64,000 bases of DNA from a virus: positions 1 to 64,000 of the IMG/VR virus record IMGVR_UViG_3300037760_000179; one strand, given 5' to 3'. Numbering within the stretch: position 1 is the first letter of the stretch; every line of letters starts with the position of its first letter. The notes under the pieces were generated by a model that was given only the letters and a program-made list of their open reading frames with translations, had not been told where the DNA came from and made no database searches. Below are positions 54,461 to 62,692 of this stretch, in pieces. Both the position numbers and the translations under genes were made by a program.

Positions 54461-54667
54461 TCATTCGCGGAGCGGGAAGAACACGTCCATCGGCACGCTG
54501 GAGTCGCGCGGGTACGGCTTGTCGAGCGTCTCCAGCCACACCGCGTCGTCCGGATGGTGGCAGGCGTCCACGGCGTTCTCGCGGGTGGAGAACACGCCGC
54601 CCAGCTCCCAGTAGCCGGTCTCGGTGTTCTTGACCTGGGCGACGATCCAGACAGTGTCCACTGCCAC
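54461..54667 (-). CDS. Hypothetical protein
   Basis: VWIV...GVFSTRENA pattern common in phage early proteins. Confidence 0.55.
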   Translation of the reverse strand: MAVDTVWIVAQVKNTETGYWELGGVFSTRENAVDACHHPDDAVWLETLDKPYPRDSSVPMDVFFPLRE

Positions 54668-54679
54668 CCCCCGGGGGCG

Positions 54680-54934
54680 CTACGCCCGGTCGATCGTTCC
54701 GCAGTCGGGGCATGCCCGTAGCCTGCCCAGCTCCATGACCCCGTGCTCGTGCAGGCCGTGGATGGGCAGCTCGACAGCGGACGGGAGCAGGCAGCGGTCG
54801 CACCAGTAGCCGGGTTCCGGGTCGCCGGCGGTGACGTGGACGGTGACCGTGGCGGCGTTGCGTGGCGCGGTGGCGGTCAGCTCGTCGCGGATCTGGCCGG
54901 TGACACGCCGCACGCCGGGCCCGAAGTCGGTCAC
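54680..54934 (-). CDS. Small Zn-finger protein
   Basis: CDRC...CPDC. Confidence 0.5.
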   Translation of the reverse strand: MTDFGPGVRRVTGQIRDELTATAPRNAATVTVHVTAGDPEPGYWCDRCLLPSAVELPIHGLHEHGVMELGRLRACPDCGTIDRA

Positions 54935-54965
54935 GACGGTGCCGCCAACTCACCGACGCGCCGGT

Positions 54966-55190
54966 TCAGCCACCACCGGCCGCAGGGGATGCACATCGGC
55001 ACGTCGGTACGGCTTCCCGCTCCGGCCAGTACAGGGCCGGGCGGCCGGAGCCGTCGAGGTAGACGATCCAGGACTTGCCGGCGGTGTCCTCGCCCTCGAC
55101 CCAGCCGGCCCACGTCTCCGTGAGCGGCCGGTCCCCGGACGGGGTGTGCTCGATGCAGCCGTCGTAGCGGCCGATGGTGATGTTGGACAT
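54966..55190 (-). CDS. Hypothetical protein
   Basis: RBS AAGGGA; WAGWVEG...WIVYLD. Confidence 0.5.
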   Translation of the reverse strand: MSNITIGRYDGCIEHTPSGDRPLTETWAGWVEGEDTAGKSWIVYLDGSGRPALYWPEREAVPTCRCASPAAGGG

Positions 55191-55452
55191 GGGGATGATC
55201 CCTTCGTGGCGAATCGGATGTGACTCGCCGGGCTCATCCCGCCCGGACGTTTGGTGGCGGCCCCACGATCAGCCCCGTAGTGGCGCGCGGGGGCTCGCGG
55301 GGGTTGCAGGGCCACACGGGGCCGCCAGCTCATGGGGAGGGGAGGGTATAACGCTTCGTGCCACCTTTGGCTAGCTGAACGGCTATCGCATATCTGGCGC
55401 TTATGCTGAGTCGTTAGGCTCCGAAACCAACCCGCAACGAAAGAGACGGCCT

Positions 55453-55869
55453 ATGGCAACCGTTCAGGAGGTCCGCTACACCGACGACCTCACCGGCATG
55501 CAGCTCGACAGCGGCGCCTTCCGGACCGTGCGCCTGGTAGTGGACGACCGGGCCTACGAGCTTCACCTGTCCCCGTCGTCGGCCGCCGAGCTGGAGCAGG
55601 CGCTAGCCCCGTTCATCGGGAACGCGGCCAGCGGGAAAGCGAAGCCGCCGGCCCACACCCATCGGATCGGCCTGCCCACCCAGCGGCGGGCGGCGGTGGA
55701 CCGTGAGCGGCGCCGGGCGATACGTGTCTGGCTTGTCGACAACTGGCGGGCCGCCGGGCTCGACCCGCCCTCGAACAAGGGTCGTATCCCACGGGCGTCG
55801 GTGAACGCTTACCACCGCTACGGCGGGGGGAAGGTTCCGCAGCCGGCCCCCAAGGGGCGGTCCAAATAA
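55453..55869 (+). CDS. lsr2: Lsr2-family nucleoid-associated protein
   Basis: YTDDLTG, YELHLS, LAPFI, IRVW...KGRIP..V.AY. Confidence 0.85.
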   Translation: MATVQEVRYTDDLTGMQLDSGAFRTVRLVVDDRAYELHLSPSSAAELEQALAPFIGNAASGKAKPPAHTHRIGLPTQRRAAVDRERRRAIRVWLVDNWRAAGLDPPSNKGRIPRASVNAYHRYGGGKVPQPAPKGRSK

Positions 55870-55946
55870 GGCAGCGGCCCGCCAGTTAGCCGAGTTGTGA
55901 TTGTGAGGCTTCGGCCCCCGCCTTTCGGGCGTGGGTACCGGCCGGA

Positions 55947-55994
55947 TCAGCAGCAGAGCAGGATCACCTTCACGCAAAGGCTGATCAGCAGCAT
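55947..55994 (-). CDS. 15-aa hydrophobic peptide MLLISLCVKVILLCC
   Basis: Strong RBS AAGGGAGGTG a few nt upstream; flanked by hairpins. Confidence 0.45.
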   Translation of the reverse strand: MLLISLCVKVILLCC

Positions 55995-56086
55995 GGGGAG
56001 CCACCTCCCTTCGGGGGGAAAGGGTGAAGCCCCGGCCCGCTTTCGAGGCGTACGACCGGGGCTCCATGCAACTTCCAACGGCTGCG

Positions 56087-56160
56087 TGGCGGTGACGGGA
56101 TTTGAACCCGTGTCCTTCGGGTTATGAGCCCGACGAGCTACCGAACTGCTCCACACCGCT
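56087..56160 (-). tRNA. tRNA-Met(CAT), initiator type, no encoded CCA
   Basis: Cloverleaf; anticodon arm TCGGG-CTCATAA-CCCGA with three G-C pairs; A1:C72 mismatch; TTCAAAT T-loop. Confidence 0.92.
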
Positions 56161-56242
56161 GCGCTTGTGGGGGCGGGGGCCGTGGCCGGTGCGGAAGCCG
56201 GGCATGGTGCCCGGCCGGCACGACCACCCGCCGGGGTCCAGC

Positions 56243-56488
56243 CTACGACAGGGCGGCGACAGGGGACCGGCGGAACGAGCCAGCGTTGGCCTGCTCGCTG
56301 CGACGGGTTTGCTGCTCCGCCTCGACCGCGTCCACGTAGCGGTACAACGGCCGGCCGTCCGGGGCGCGCACGTACGGGCAGAGTTTGCCGCGTCGCACCC
56401 AGTCCGCGAACAGCTGCCGGGACACACCCAGGCGACGGGCGACCATCGCCGCCGGTAGGGGCTGGTGCGGGTCGTTGACGTCCACCAC
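56243..56488 (-). CDS. MerR-like HTH DNA-binding protein
   Basis: AAMVARRLGVSRQLFADWVRRGKL...GRPLYR. Confidence 0.7.
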   Translation of the reverse strand: MVDVNDPHQPLPAAMVARRLGVSRQLFADWVRRGKLCPYVRAPDGRPLYRYVDAVEAEQQTRRSEQANAGSFRRSPVAALS

Positions 56489-56613
56489 GGCGGCCACCAC
56501 CGCCAACCGACATGCGAAAGCCCCGCGCCTCAGGCGGGGGCCGGCTGTTTCTGGGCAGGATTCGCCGTTTCGACCATCGTAAAGGGGACAGGTGATCATG
56601 CCAAGTTGCGGGG

Positions 56614-57933
56614 TCAGGTCAGCGTGTCGGCGGGACGCCGGTAGGTCGGCCGCAGCAGCTCCCGCACCTGTTCGGGGGACCGCAGCGACGCCTCGTAGAC
56701 ACCCTGCCGTTTCGCCCATTCCGTGTAGTCCCCAGCGGTGAGGATCTTCCCGCACGATTGGCACTCCACATCCCCGGTGCCGTCGTTGCGCCGGTACAGC
56801 AGCCGCTTGTCGCACCGGTTGCACTCCACCCCCACGCACAGCTCCGGCGGCGGGTCGAACTCGTCCAACACGCCCATGAGCGTGCCCCGCAGCCGTTGCA
56901 GGGTGATGCGGAACTCGTCGATCGGGCCGTAGCGTTCCCTGGCCCAGGGCAGCCGGTTGGTCAGCCACCGGCCCAGCTCCGGCACGGTGGGCACCGGCAG
57001 CCGGCCGGAGCCCGGGGCGCCCGCGTCGGCCCAGGCCCGCACCTCCTGGTCCAGGACCGCGGCAACCGGGACGTGACCCACCTGGTCGTCGGCGGAAACC
57101 CACACCACCCCGCCCAGCACGGTACGCACGAACGGCGGCTCGAACGGCGGGTTGCGGGGCAGGTGCGCGATCAGGTCGGCCACCTCGGCCGGGGTCGGGG
57201 CGCGACCGGCCGCGGGCACCGGCTGGCGCTGCCGGACCGCGAACGTGCGGACCTGCTCCACCAGCTCCTCGCCGATGATCCAGTTGGTTTCCTGGTCGCG
57301 GACCGGCACCATCCGCAGCTCCCGCAGGGTGTGCTCCGCTGGTTCGCCAGCGGCAAGCTTCGGCACCTTCTCACCCGACACCGAATCCAACGGCTGCCCG
57401 TCCGGGCCACGTACCACCGGGCCGAGCAGGTCCAGCACGTCCAGCCTGACCGGGGCGGGGGAGCCGGTGCGGCTACGTGACACCCTCGGGTCCTTGCGGC
57501 GGCCCGGCGTAAGGCCGGCGCCGCCGACCGCCGACAGCGGATCCGCCCGGCGCCACTCGCCTTCCGGCGGCAGCCACTCCCGCGTCTGCGGGTCACGGCG
57601 GCGGGGGTGCCAGTGCCAGTACCACCGGTCGTCCGCCTCCCAGTGCTCCGGCAGGATCAGCTCCGGCAGCTCGGCGGTCTTGTCCGGGATCGAGGCGACC
57701 AGGATCGGCAGCCACCGCTCACACGGTCCGCACACCCGGCCGTCGCCCTTGGACGGGTCGGGGTTTCGGCTCCAGCAGCACGGGCAGGAGCCGCGGGTGC
57801 GCCGCTGCCGACCGCAGCCCTCCGAGCCGCAGCCGCCGGGCACGCTACAGGCGACGAAGGGACCCGAGTGGCAATCGCACCGGGCCGGGCAAGCGGTCGC
57901 TGAGCTGGTGGCGGTGGTGGCGGTTGGCGGCAT
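56614..57933 (-). CDS. Multi-Zn-finger phage protein (possible late-gene regulator)
   Basis: N-terminal CxxC pairs, C-terminal CNRC...CQSC; position before packaging genes. Confidence 0.6.
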   Translation of the reverse strand: MPPTATTATSSATACPARCDCHSGPFVACSVPGGCGSEGCGRQRRTRGSCPCCWSRNPDPSKGDGRVCGPCERWLPILVASIPDKTAELPELILPEHWEADDRWYWHWHPRRRDPQTREWLPPEGEWRRADPLSAVGGAGLTPGRRKDPRVSRSRTGSPAPVRLDVLDLLGPVVRGPDGQPLDSVSGEKVPKLAAGEPAEHTLRELRMVPVRDQETNWIIGEELVEQVRTFAVRQRQPVPAAGRAPTPAEVADLIAHLPRNPPFEPPFVRTVLGGVVWVSADDQVGHVPVAAVLDQEVRAWADAGAPGSGRLPVPTVPELGRWLTNRLPWARERYGPIDEFRITLQRLRGTLMGVLDEFDPPPELCVGVECNRCDKRLLYRRNDGTGDVECQSCGKILTAGDYTEWAKRQGVYEASLRSPEQVRELLRPTYRRPADTLT

Positions 57934-58252
57934 GGTGTGGTCTCCCCGGCTAGGCTGGCGGTCAGCCGCCGGGGATTCAAGCGCCGTGCGGGGGTGGGTA
58001 CGCGGACGGCCCGGACCGCAGCGGGGGAGCCGGGTCCGGGCCGTCCGGGTATCGTCCGTGCCCTTGCCGGGGAGCCTACCGGCTGGTAGGCGGGCAGGAT
58101 GCGCAGCTCAGCCGGTGTGTCGGCCGGTGCCGGTAGGCTCGTGGGATGCCGAGCCGGCTACGGCGGCCCAGCGCCACACCCGGTAGGCCGCAGCCCGGCA
58201 GAGCTGAGGCCACGCCCCGGTAGCCCAACAAGCGCCGGGGCGCCCCAACCGC

Positions 58253-58438
58253 TCAGCTCTCACCTCGCGTCGGCCGGTCCAGCAGCCCCAGCAGCCCCCA
58301 GCCGCCGAACAGCAGCACCACCACAACCAGCATCCACCACCCACCCGCAACTCCGGCAGCAACGAGCGCCACGAACCAGGCCACGAAGCCGACCGCGGCC
58401 CAGGTCGTGACCCGCGCGTCGGAACGGCGGGCGGTCAC
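58253..58438 (-). CDS. Small membrane protein
   Basis: Two TMs; GTGA coupling. Confidence 0.5.
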   Translation of the reverse strand: MTARRSDARVTTWAAVGFVAWFVALVAAGVAGGWWMLVVVVLLFGGWGLLGLLDRPTRGES

Positions 58439-58638
58439 TCCGCGCTCCAGTCGGGCGCGGTCACGTCCACGAAGCCCCGCCACTGCCAGCCGCCCTCGAC
58501 CGGCACCATGATGTTCAGATTCCCGACCGGGTTGCGGGTCAGCCGCGCGTCGGGGAACCGCTCGGCAACCTGCCGCAGCACCTCGGCCAGCTCAGCCGGG
58601 GACGCGCTCGGGTCCAGGCGGTCAACGACGTAGCTCAC
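58435..58638 (-). CDS. Hypothetical protein
   Basis: GTGA coupling; RNPVGNLNI. Confidence 0.5.
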   Translation of the reverse strand: MSYVVDRLDPSASPAELAEVLRQVAERFPDARLTRNPVGNLNIMVPVEGGWQWRGFVDVTAPDWSAE

Positions 58639-59120
58639 CGCGGCCTCCAAGCCTCGTCGTACCCGTCCCGGCCGGCATACCCCGCAGCCAGCAGCCTGAC
58701 CCGCCGGAGCACCCGAGCGTCCCGGCCGCAGTCGCACGCCTTGCCGCGCTCCTCGTCGTTGCAGGTCTCGCCGCCGTCCCGCTCCTCGGTGGCGGCGCGG
58801 CAGGTGTACCAGCAGTCGTCTTCCAGGACGAAGTGCTTCTCGGCGAGGATGTCGGCCAGGATCGCCCGGTGGGCTGCTACCAGGCCGAGCGCCGACGCAG
58901 GGCTGTAGCGGGTGAAGTGCCACTCCGCTGCTAGGTCACCCTCGACAACCACCATCCCGTCCTCAGCGGCGTGACGCATCCGACCGTGCGTGAACTGGTC
59001 GTCAAGGCGCTTCCCGCCCATGTCGTAGACGTGGTCGAGCGGTCGGACTGCCTGCGCCACCCGCTCATCCTCGTCGATCTGGGCTCGGGTCCACTCCACG
59101 ATCTCGTCAGGTTCCGCCAT
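58635..59120 (-). CDS. DUF6221-family protein
   Basis: VEWTRAQIDEDERVA...RLLAAGYAGRDGYDEAWRP. Confidence 0.75.
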   Translation of the reverse strand: MAEPDEIVEWTRAQIDEDERVAQAVRPLDHVYDMGGKRLDDQFTHGRMRHAAEDGMVVVEGDLAAEWHFTRYSPASALGLVAAHRAILADILAEKHFVLEDDCWYTCRAATEERDGGETCNDEERGKACDCGRDARVLRRVRLLAAGYAGRDGYDEAWRPR

Positions 59121-59472
59121 CGTTGCCCCTCTCCGTCAGCCACCGTTCCACCTGTAGCCCACCCTGCCGTGGGCAGCCGTCCCGGTGTAGGTACGGGTCG
59201 GTGCCGTCGATCCGGGCCGGGCACCCACAGGCGGCTGTCGGCCCGTGCTCGGCGTGGTGCCGGGCGCCGCGCTCCAGGGCATCGGTCATCAGCTCCAGCT
59301 CGACCGCCTCGGCGGCCAGGTCCGGGCGCATCCGCCGGCCGGCGAAGTCCACCACCGAGTTGGCGCCCATAGCGCGGGCGACCTCGGGGGAGTTGGTGCG
59401 ACCGACCAGCTCCCAACCTCCGCCGATCGGCTCCCGACGCTCGTACCAGCAGGTCCCGTCAGGCTGTCCCAC
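59107..59472 (-). CDS. Hypothetical protein
   Basis: In coupled run; CGCP...HRDGC. Confidence 0.45.
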   Translation of the reverse strand: MGQPDGTCWYERREPIGGGWELVGRTNSPEVARAMGANSVVDFAGRRMRPDLAAEAVELELMTDALERGARHHAEHGPTAACGCPARIDGTDPYLHRDGCPRQGGLQVERWLTERGNDGGT

Positions 59473-59842
59473 CGGCGCTCACCTTCCCGTCCATCATCTG
59501 CCGCACCAACCACCACCAGCATGCCGCCGCGTACCAGGCCGCGAAGTACAGCCACGCCCCGGCGACGGCTTGCGAGAGCCCGGCCCACGGCGACGGGAGC
59601 CAGCCGGTGGCCCACCCGAGCGGCCACCACACGACCGCTCCCACCACCGCTGCGGCGAGCAGCCCGAAGGCCACCGGGGTCCGGCGGGGCAGCAGCGACC
59701 CGTACCAGCGCCACACCAGGGCGGACAGCAGCGGCCGGTCACCCAGCCACCCGAGAGCACGCAGCGCCAGGTCGTGGACCCGCTCCGGGTCGCCCCGGGC
59801 CGCCGCGTACAACGCCGGACGCACCACCCGCTCGTAGATCAC
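59459..59842 (-). CDS. Membrane protein with PyrD-like N-terminal helices
   Basis: IYERVVRPALY....DPERVHDLAL followed by TMs. Confidence 0.5.
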   Translation of the reverse strand: MIYERVVRPALYAAARGDPERVHDLALRALGWLGDRPLLSALVWRWYGSLLPRRTPVAFGLLAAAVVGAVVWWPLGWATGWLPSPWAGLSQAVAGAWLYFAAWYAAACWWWLVRQMMDGKVSAGGTA

Positions 59843-60054
59843 CGGCGGCCTGTCCAGTCCGGCCGGCACCAGCCTAGGAACCGGTCACCCCACCAGCCCG
59901 CGGCGGCCGAGACGGTCAGCGTCGTCGCGGCCAGCAGCGGCAGCGACCCGGGCACCAGCAGCGCCCCGGCGGCCAGCCCGGCGAACGAGGCCACGGCCAG
60001 CAGCAGGTAGCGAGACGACCACGGCGGGCCGGTGAGGGTCCGGTCAGGCTGCAC
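59839..60054 (-). CDS. Small membrane protein
   Basis: Two TMs. Confidence 0.45.
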   Translation of the reverse strand: MQPDRTLTGPPWSSRYLLLAVASFAGLAAGALLVPGSLPLLAATTLTVSAAAGWWGDRFLGWCRPDWTGRR

Positions 60055-60259
60055 GGCGCACCTCCTCCCGGATCACCTTGACAGCCGCATCGAACCCGTC
60101 ACGCCACGCCCAGCGCAGCCGGTTCCGCTCGGCTTCGTCAGCCACGTCGGCATACTCCGGTGGCTCCAGGCGTGGGTCCACGTCTGTCCGGGCAAGCTGC
60201 GCAGCTGCCCACTGCTCGACAACACCGAACAGCGAGGTCGCCTGCGGGTCAGGCTGCAT
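60044..60259 (-). CDS. Hypothetical protein
   Basis: RBS GGAGGTG. Confidence 0.5.
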   Translation of the reverse strand: MQPDPQATSLFGVVEQWAAAQLARTDVDPRLEPPEYADVADEAERNRLRWAWRDGFDAAVKVIREEVRRAA

Positions 60260-60458
60260 GGACGTACACCTCCCCAGCCGGCACCGACGGATCGACGGCT
60301 ATCCGCGTCGGCCCGCCTAGAACTCGGTGCACGCGCACCCCGCACGGCGGAGTCTGGCCGGCACCAGCCAACGCAGCGTCCAGGATCGCGTCATCCTCCG
60401 CCCGGAGGGCACGCTCGACGTGCTGCTGGATGTCCTCCCGCTGAGTTTCAGGCTGCAT
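60249..60458 (-). CDS. Hypothetical protein
   Basis: Overlapping coupled run. Confidence 0.45.
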   Translation of the reverse strand: MQPETQREDIQQHVERALRAEDDAILDAALAGAGQTPPCGVRVHRVLGGPTRIAVDPSVPAGEVYVHAA

Positions 60459-60816
60459 CGTCGCCGCCCTCGGCCGGTCGAAGGTCCGCCAACGGGCAGC
60501 CGAACTGGCCCCCACCGAGGTCCACCATCGCCCACCCGTCGTCGTCGATCGACACGATCGGACCGGGCTCGGCGTAGAGCCGGACAGCCGACCCGTAGCC
60601 AGGATGGCCCGGCTTGAGTCGGTTCGGCACGAACACCAGCGACCCGACGGCCAGGGTCTCCACGGCCCGGCGGGCGATGCCGTCGGCGGCACGCAGCTCG
60701 GTCTCGTTGGCGCGTCCCTGCCGGCGCAGCTTGTCCGGGTCGGCGGTGCCGTACCGGTCGATCAGGGTCTCGCGGGCAAGCTCGAACGCGTCCTTCTTGC
60801 GGGTCTGTTCAGGCAT
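60448..60816 (-). CDS. Hypothetical protein
   Basis: RBS GGAGG; SH3-like C-terminus. Confidence 0.5.
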   Translation of the reverse strand: MPEQTRKKDAFELARETLIDRYGTADPDKLRRQGRANETELRAADGIARRAVETLAVGSLVFVPNRLKPGHPGYGSAVRLYAEPGPIVSIDDDGWAMVDLGGGQFGCPLADLRPAEGGDDAA

Positions 60817-61924
60817 GGCTCCCATCCTCCCGTACTCGAGCGCCCGCTTCCGCCACCGCAGCGGCTACCAGATAGGCCGGATCGGTATCCAAGGTCAGCT
60901 TCGCCCGGTCGTAGCCCTGCGTGGTGCGTGGGTCCTTGTGACCCAGGGCGTGCTGGCGGGCTTCGAGGGAAGCGCCGGCAACTCGGGCGGTGGTGGCCCA
61001 GGCGTGGCGGAACGAGTGCGGGGTGATCTTCGCCGCTGAGGGTATGCCGGCCGCTCGAGCGGCGCGGCGGACGAACCGGTACACGGCGTGCCGGTCCAGC
61101 GGCCGGCCACTCGAGTCGACGAACAGCGGCGCGGCCGGGTCGTCCCGGCCGGGGCGGGCCTCGAGCATGGCGTCGATCGCGGCCACCGCGGCCGGGGGGA
61201 GGGGGCGGGTGCGTCTCCGGCCGCCCTTCATCCGCTCGAGCCGCAGCACCCGGTGACCGTCGGCGTAGCCCAGGTCCTCGAGGCGGGCCAGGCACAGCTC
61301 CGTCACTCGAGCGCCGAGGGCCACCATGGTCTCGGCCAGGGCGGTCGCGCACAGCGGGCCGAGCGGCTCGTCCGCTCGAGCAGCAGCAACGATCGCGGCG
61401 GCTTCGGCTGCGGAGAACCCGACGGTGGTGGTGTCGTCGCGGTCCACCCTCGGCCGGTCGGCACCGCCGACCGGGTTGGTGGCGACGGCCTCGAGGCGGA
61501 CCAGGAAGGTGTACCAGCTCGAGACGGACGACAGCCGCCGGGCCACGGTGCTGGGGGAGAGCCCGGCAGCCTCGATGTTGCGGGCGAACTTGTTGACGTG
61601 GGTGAATCTTGCTTCGAGCGGACGCAGCCCGGTCGACTCGCACCACGTCAGGTAGCCCTCGAGGTCACGCCGGTACGCGAGGCGGGTCAGTTCCGACAGG
61701 CGGCGGTTCGCCAGCCATCGGTCGGTGAACTCGAGCAGCTCCGGGATGGTTGCCAGGACGCCGGGCGGTGCGATGCGCTCGGGGTCTGCTCCCCCATCCA
61801 ACCCCGAGAACGCATATGCGTCATTATGCGCTAGATCATCTTGGGTGGAGGGGAGTACCTCGTCGGGCTCGAGGACGACAGGATACTGACCGTTATCCTG
61901 CACTTGATCTAGCCGGACGGTCAC
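60809..61924 (-). CDS. XerC/D-like tyrosine recombinase (start uncertain)
   Basis: SAM-like domain (TRLAYRRDL, STVARRLSSV..WY); catalytic R (GARVTEL), K (KGG), HxxR (PHSFRH), LGH, Y (TTQGY). Confidence 0.92.
   Translation of the reverse strand: MTVRLDQVQDNGQYPVVLEPDEVLPSTQDDLAHNDAYAFSGLDGGADPERIAPPGVLATIPELLEFTDRWLANRRLSELTRLAYRRDLEGYLTWCESTGLRPLEARFTHVNKFARNIEAAGLSPSTVARRLSSVSSWYTFLVRLEAVATNPVGGADRPRVDRDDTTTVGFSAAEAAAIVAAARADEPLGPLCATALAETMVALGARVTELCLARLEDLGYADGHRVLRLERMKGGRRRTRPLPPAAVAAIDAMLEARPGRDDPAAPLFVDSSGRPLDRHAVYRFVRRAARAAGIPSAAKITPHSFRHAWATTARVAGASLEARQHALGHKDPRTTQGYDRAKLTLDTDPAYLVAAAVAEAGARVREDGSHA
61807..61903. promoter_or_regulatory. Two dif-like 11-6-11 recombinase sites
   Basis: CTAGCGCATAA-TGACGC-ATATGCGTTCT (minus strand, 61834-61807) and CGACAGGATAC-TGACCG-TTATCCTGCAC (61876-61903). 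Confidence 0.55.
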
Positions 61925-62148
61925 GACGGCCTCGCATCCATCCGGTCCGAAGCCTCCACGAACACGTCGCACGGCCACGGCAGATTGCACCGCACACACC
62001 ACGGCATCACGCCGCCCGGCCACTCGGCGATGTCGTCCGTCGGTACCGGCTCGGCTCCGTGCGCGTCCATCACCGCCGAGTCGGCTCGGCCAGCGATCAG
62101 GTCGGGCAGGTCCCGCAGGAACGCCCACAGATCACGCAGCAGGTTCAT
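61921..62148 (-). CDS. Hypothetical protein (CxxC..WPC)
   Basis: WCVRCNLPWPC. Confidence 0.5.
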   Translation of the reverse strand: MNLLRDLWAFLRDLPDLIAGRADSAVMDAHGAEPVPTDDIAEWPGGVMPWCVRCNLPWPCDVFVEASDRMDARPS

Positions 62149-62314
62149 GCCGTTCCCCTTCCCGCTCCGCAGCCTCCCAGCCAGCCAGGAACCCGCGCTC
62201 GAAGCCAACCTCGTACGCGGCGCCGGACTGCTCGCGTACCTCGGTCCGGCGCTCGTCAGCGATGGCCCGCCGCAGCGCGCCCACGGCGGCGTCCACCGTC
62301 GTCGCTTCCTTCAT
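62132..62314 (-). CDS. Hypothetical protein
   Basis: AYEVGFERGFLAGW. Confidence 0.45.
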   Translation of the reverse strand: MKEATTVDAAVGALRRAIADERRTEVREQSGAAYEVGFERGFLAGWEAAEREGERHEPAA

Positions 62315-62395
62315 GGCCTCAACCTCGCATTCCTGACGAGAACTGTTATTCTCGCGTGTTTCTTTCGTCCCGATTTGCGGCCGACAGTCGCGGCG

Positions 62396-62692
62396 CTATC
62401 GGCTGTCACGTCGCGCCTCCCACCAGTCCCGGACCCGCCACCGCAGCCGGCGCGACAGCACAAACCACCACCACGACGGGTCCAGCCACTTCGTGACGTT
62501 TGGCAGTGCCACCGTCTCGCAAGTCGGGCAGCGGTGGAACCGCCACCCGAACCACCGGCCCTCCGCCGACAGCTCCCGGGCGAAGGCGCCACCCCGGCAC
62601 ACATCCCGCGACGGGCGCGGATACCGCCACCCGCCACCGGCCCAGCCCGGGCAGCGCCACGGCTTGTCGTAGCAGGTCCGGCGCAGCCTCAT
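62396..62692 (-). CDS. Cys-rich hypothetical protein
   Basis: CYDKPWRCPGWAGGG...HRCPTC. Confidence 0.55.
   Translation of the reverse strand: MRLRRTCYDKPWRCPGWAGGGWRYPRPSRDVCRGGAFARELSAEGRWFGWRFHRCPTCETVALPNVTKWLDPSWWWFVLSRRLRWRVRDWWEARRDSR

Noticed and set aside
55870-55945. c-di-GMP-I riboswitch or HDV-like (theta) ribozyme after the tRNA
   Set aside because: Only partial resemblance (GAAA-capped stem then GAAGCC); I could not build the required pairings by eye.
56087-56160. tRNA as prophage attachment site
   Set aside because: Phage-like genes continue on both sides, no duplicated 3' end was seen in the window, and no integrase is adjacent.
60809-61924. Tyrosine recombinase as the prophage integrase
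   Set aside because: It has Xer-like architecture without an evident arm-binding domain, is embedded in an early operon, and has no att boundary nearby; a resolvase role is more likely.
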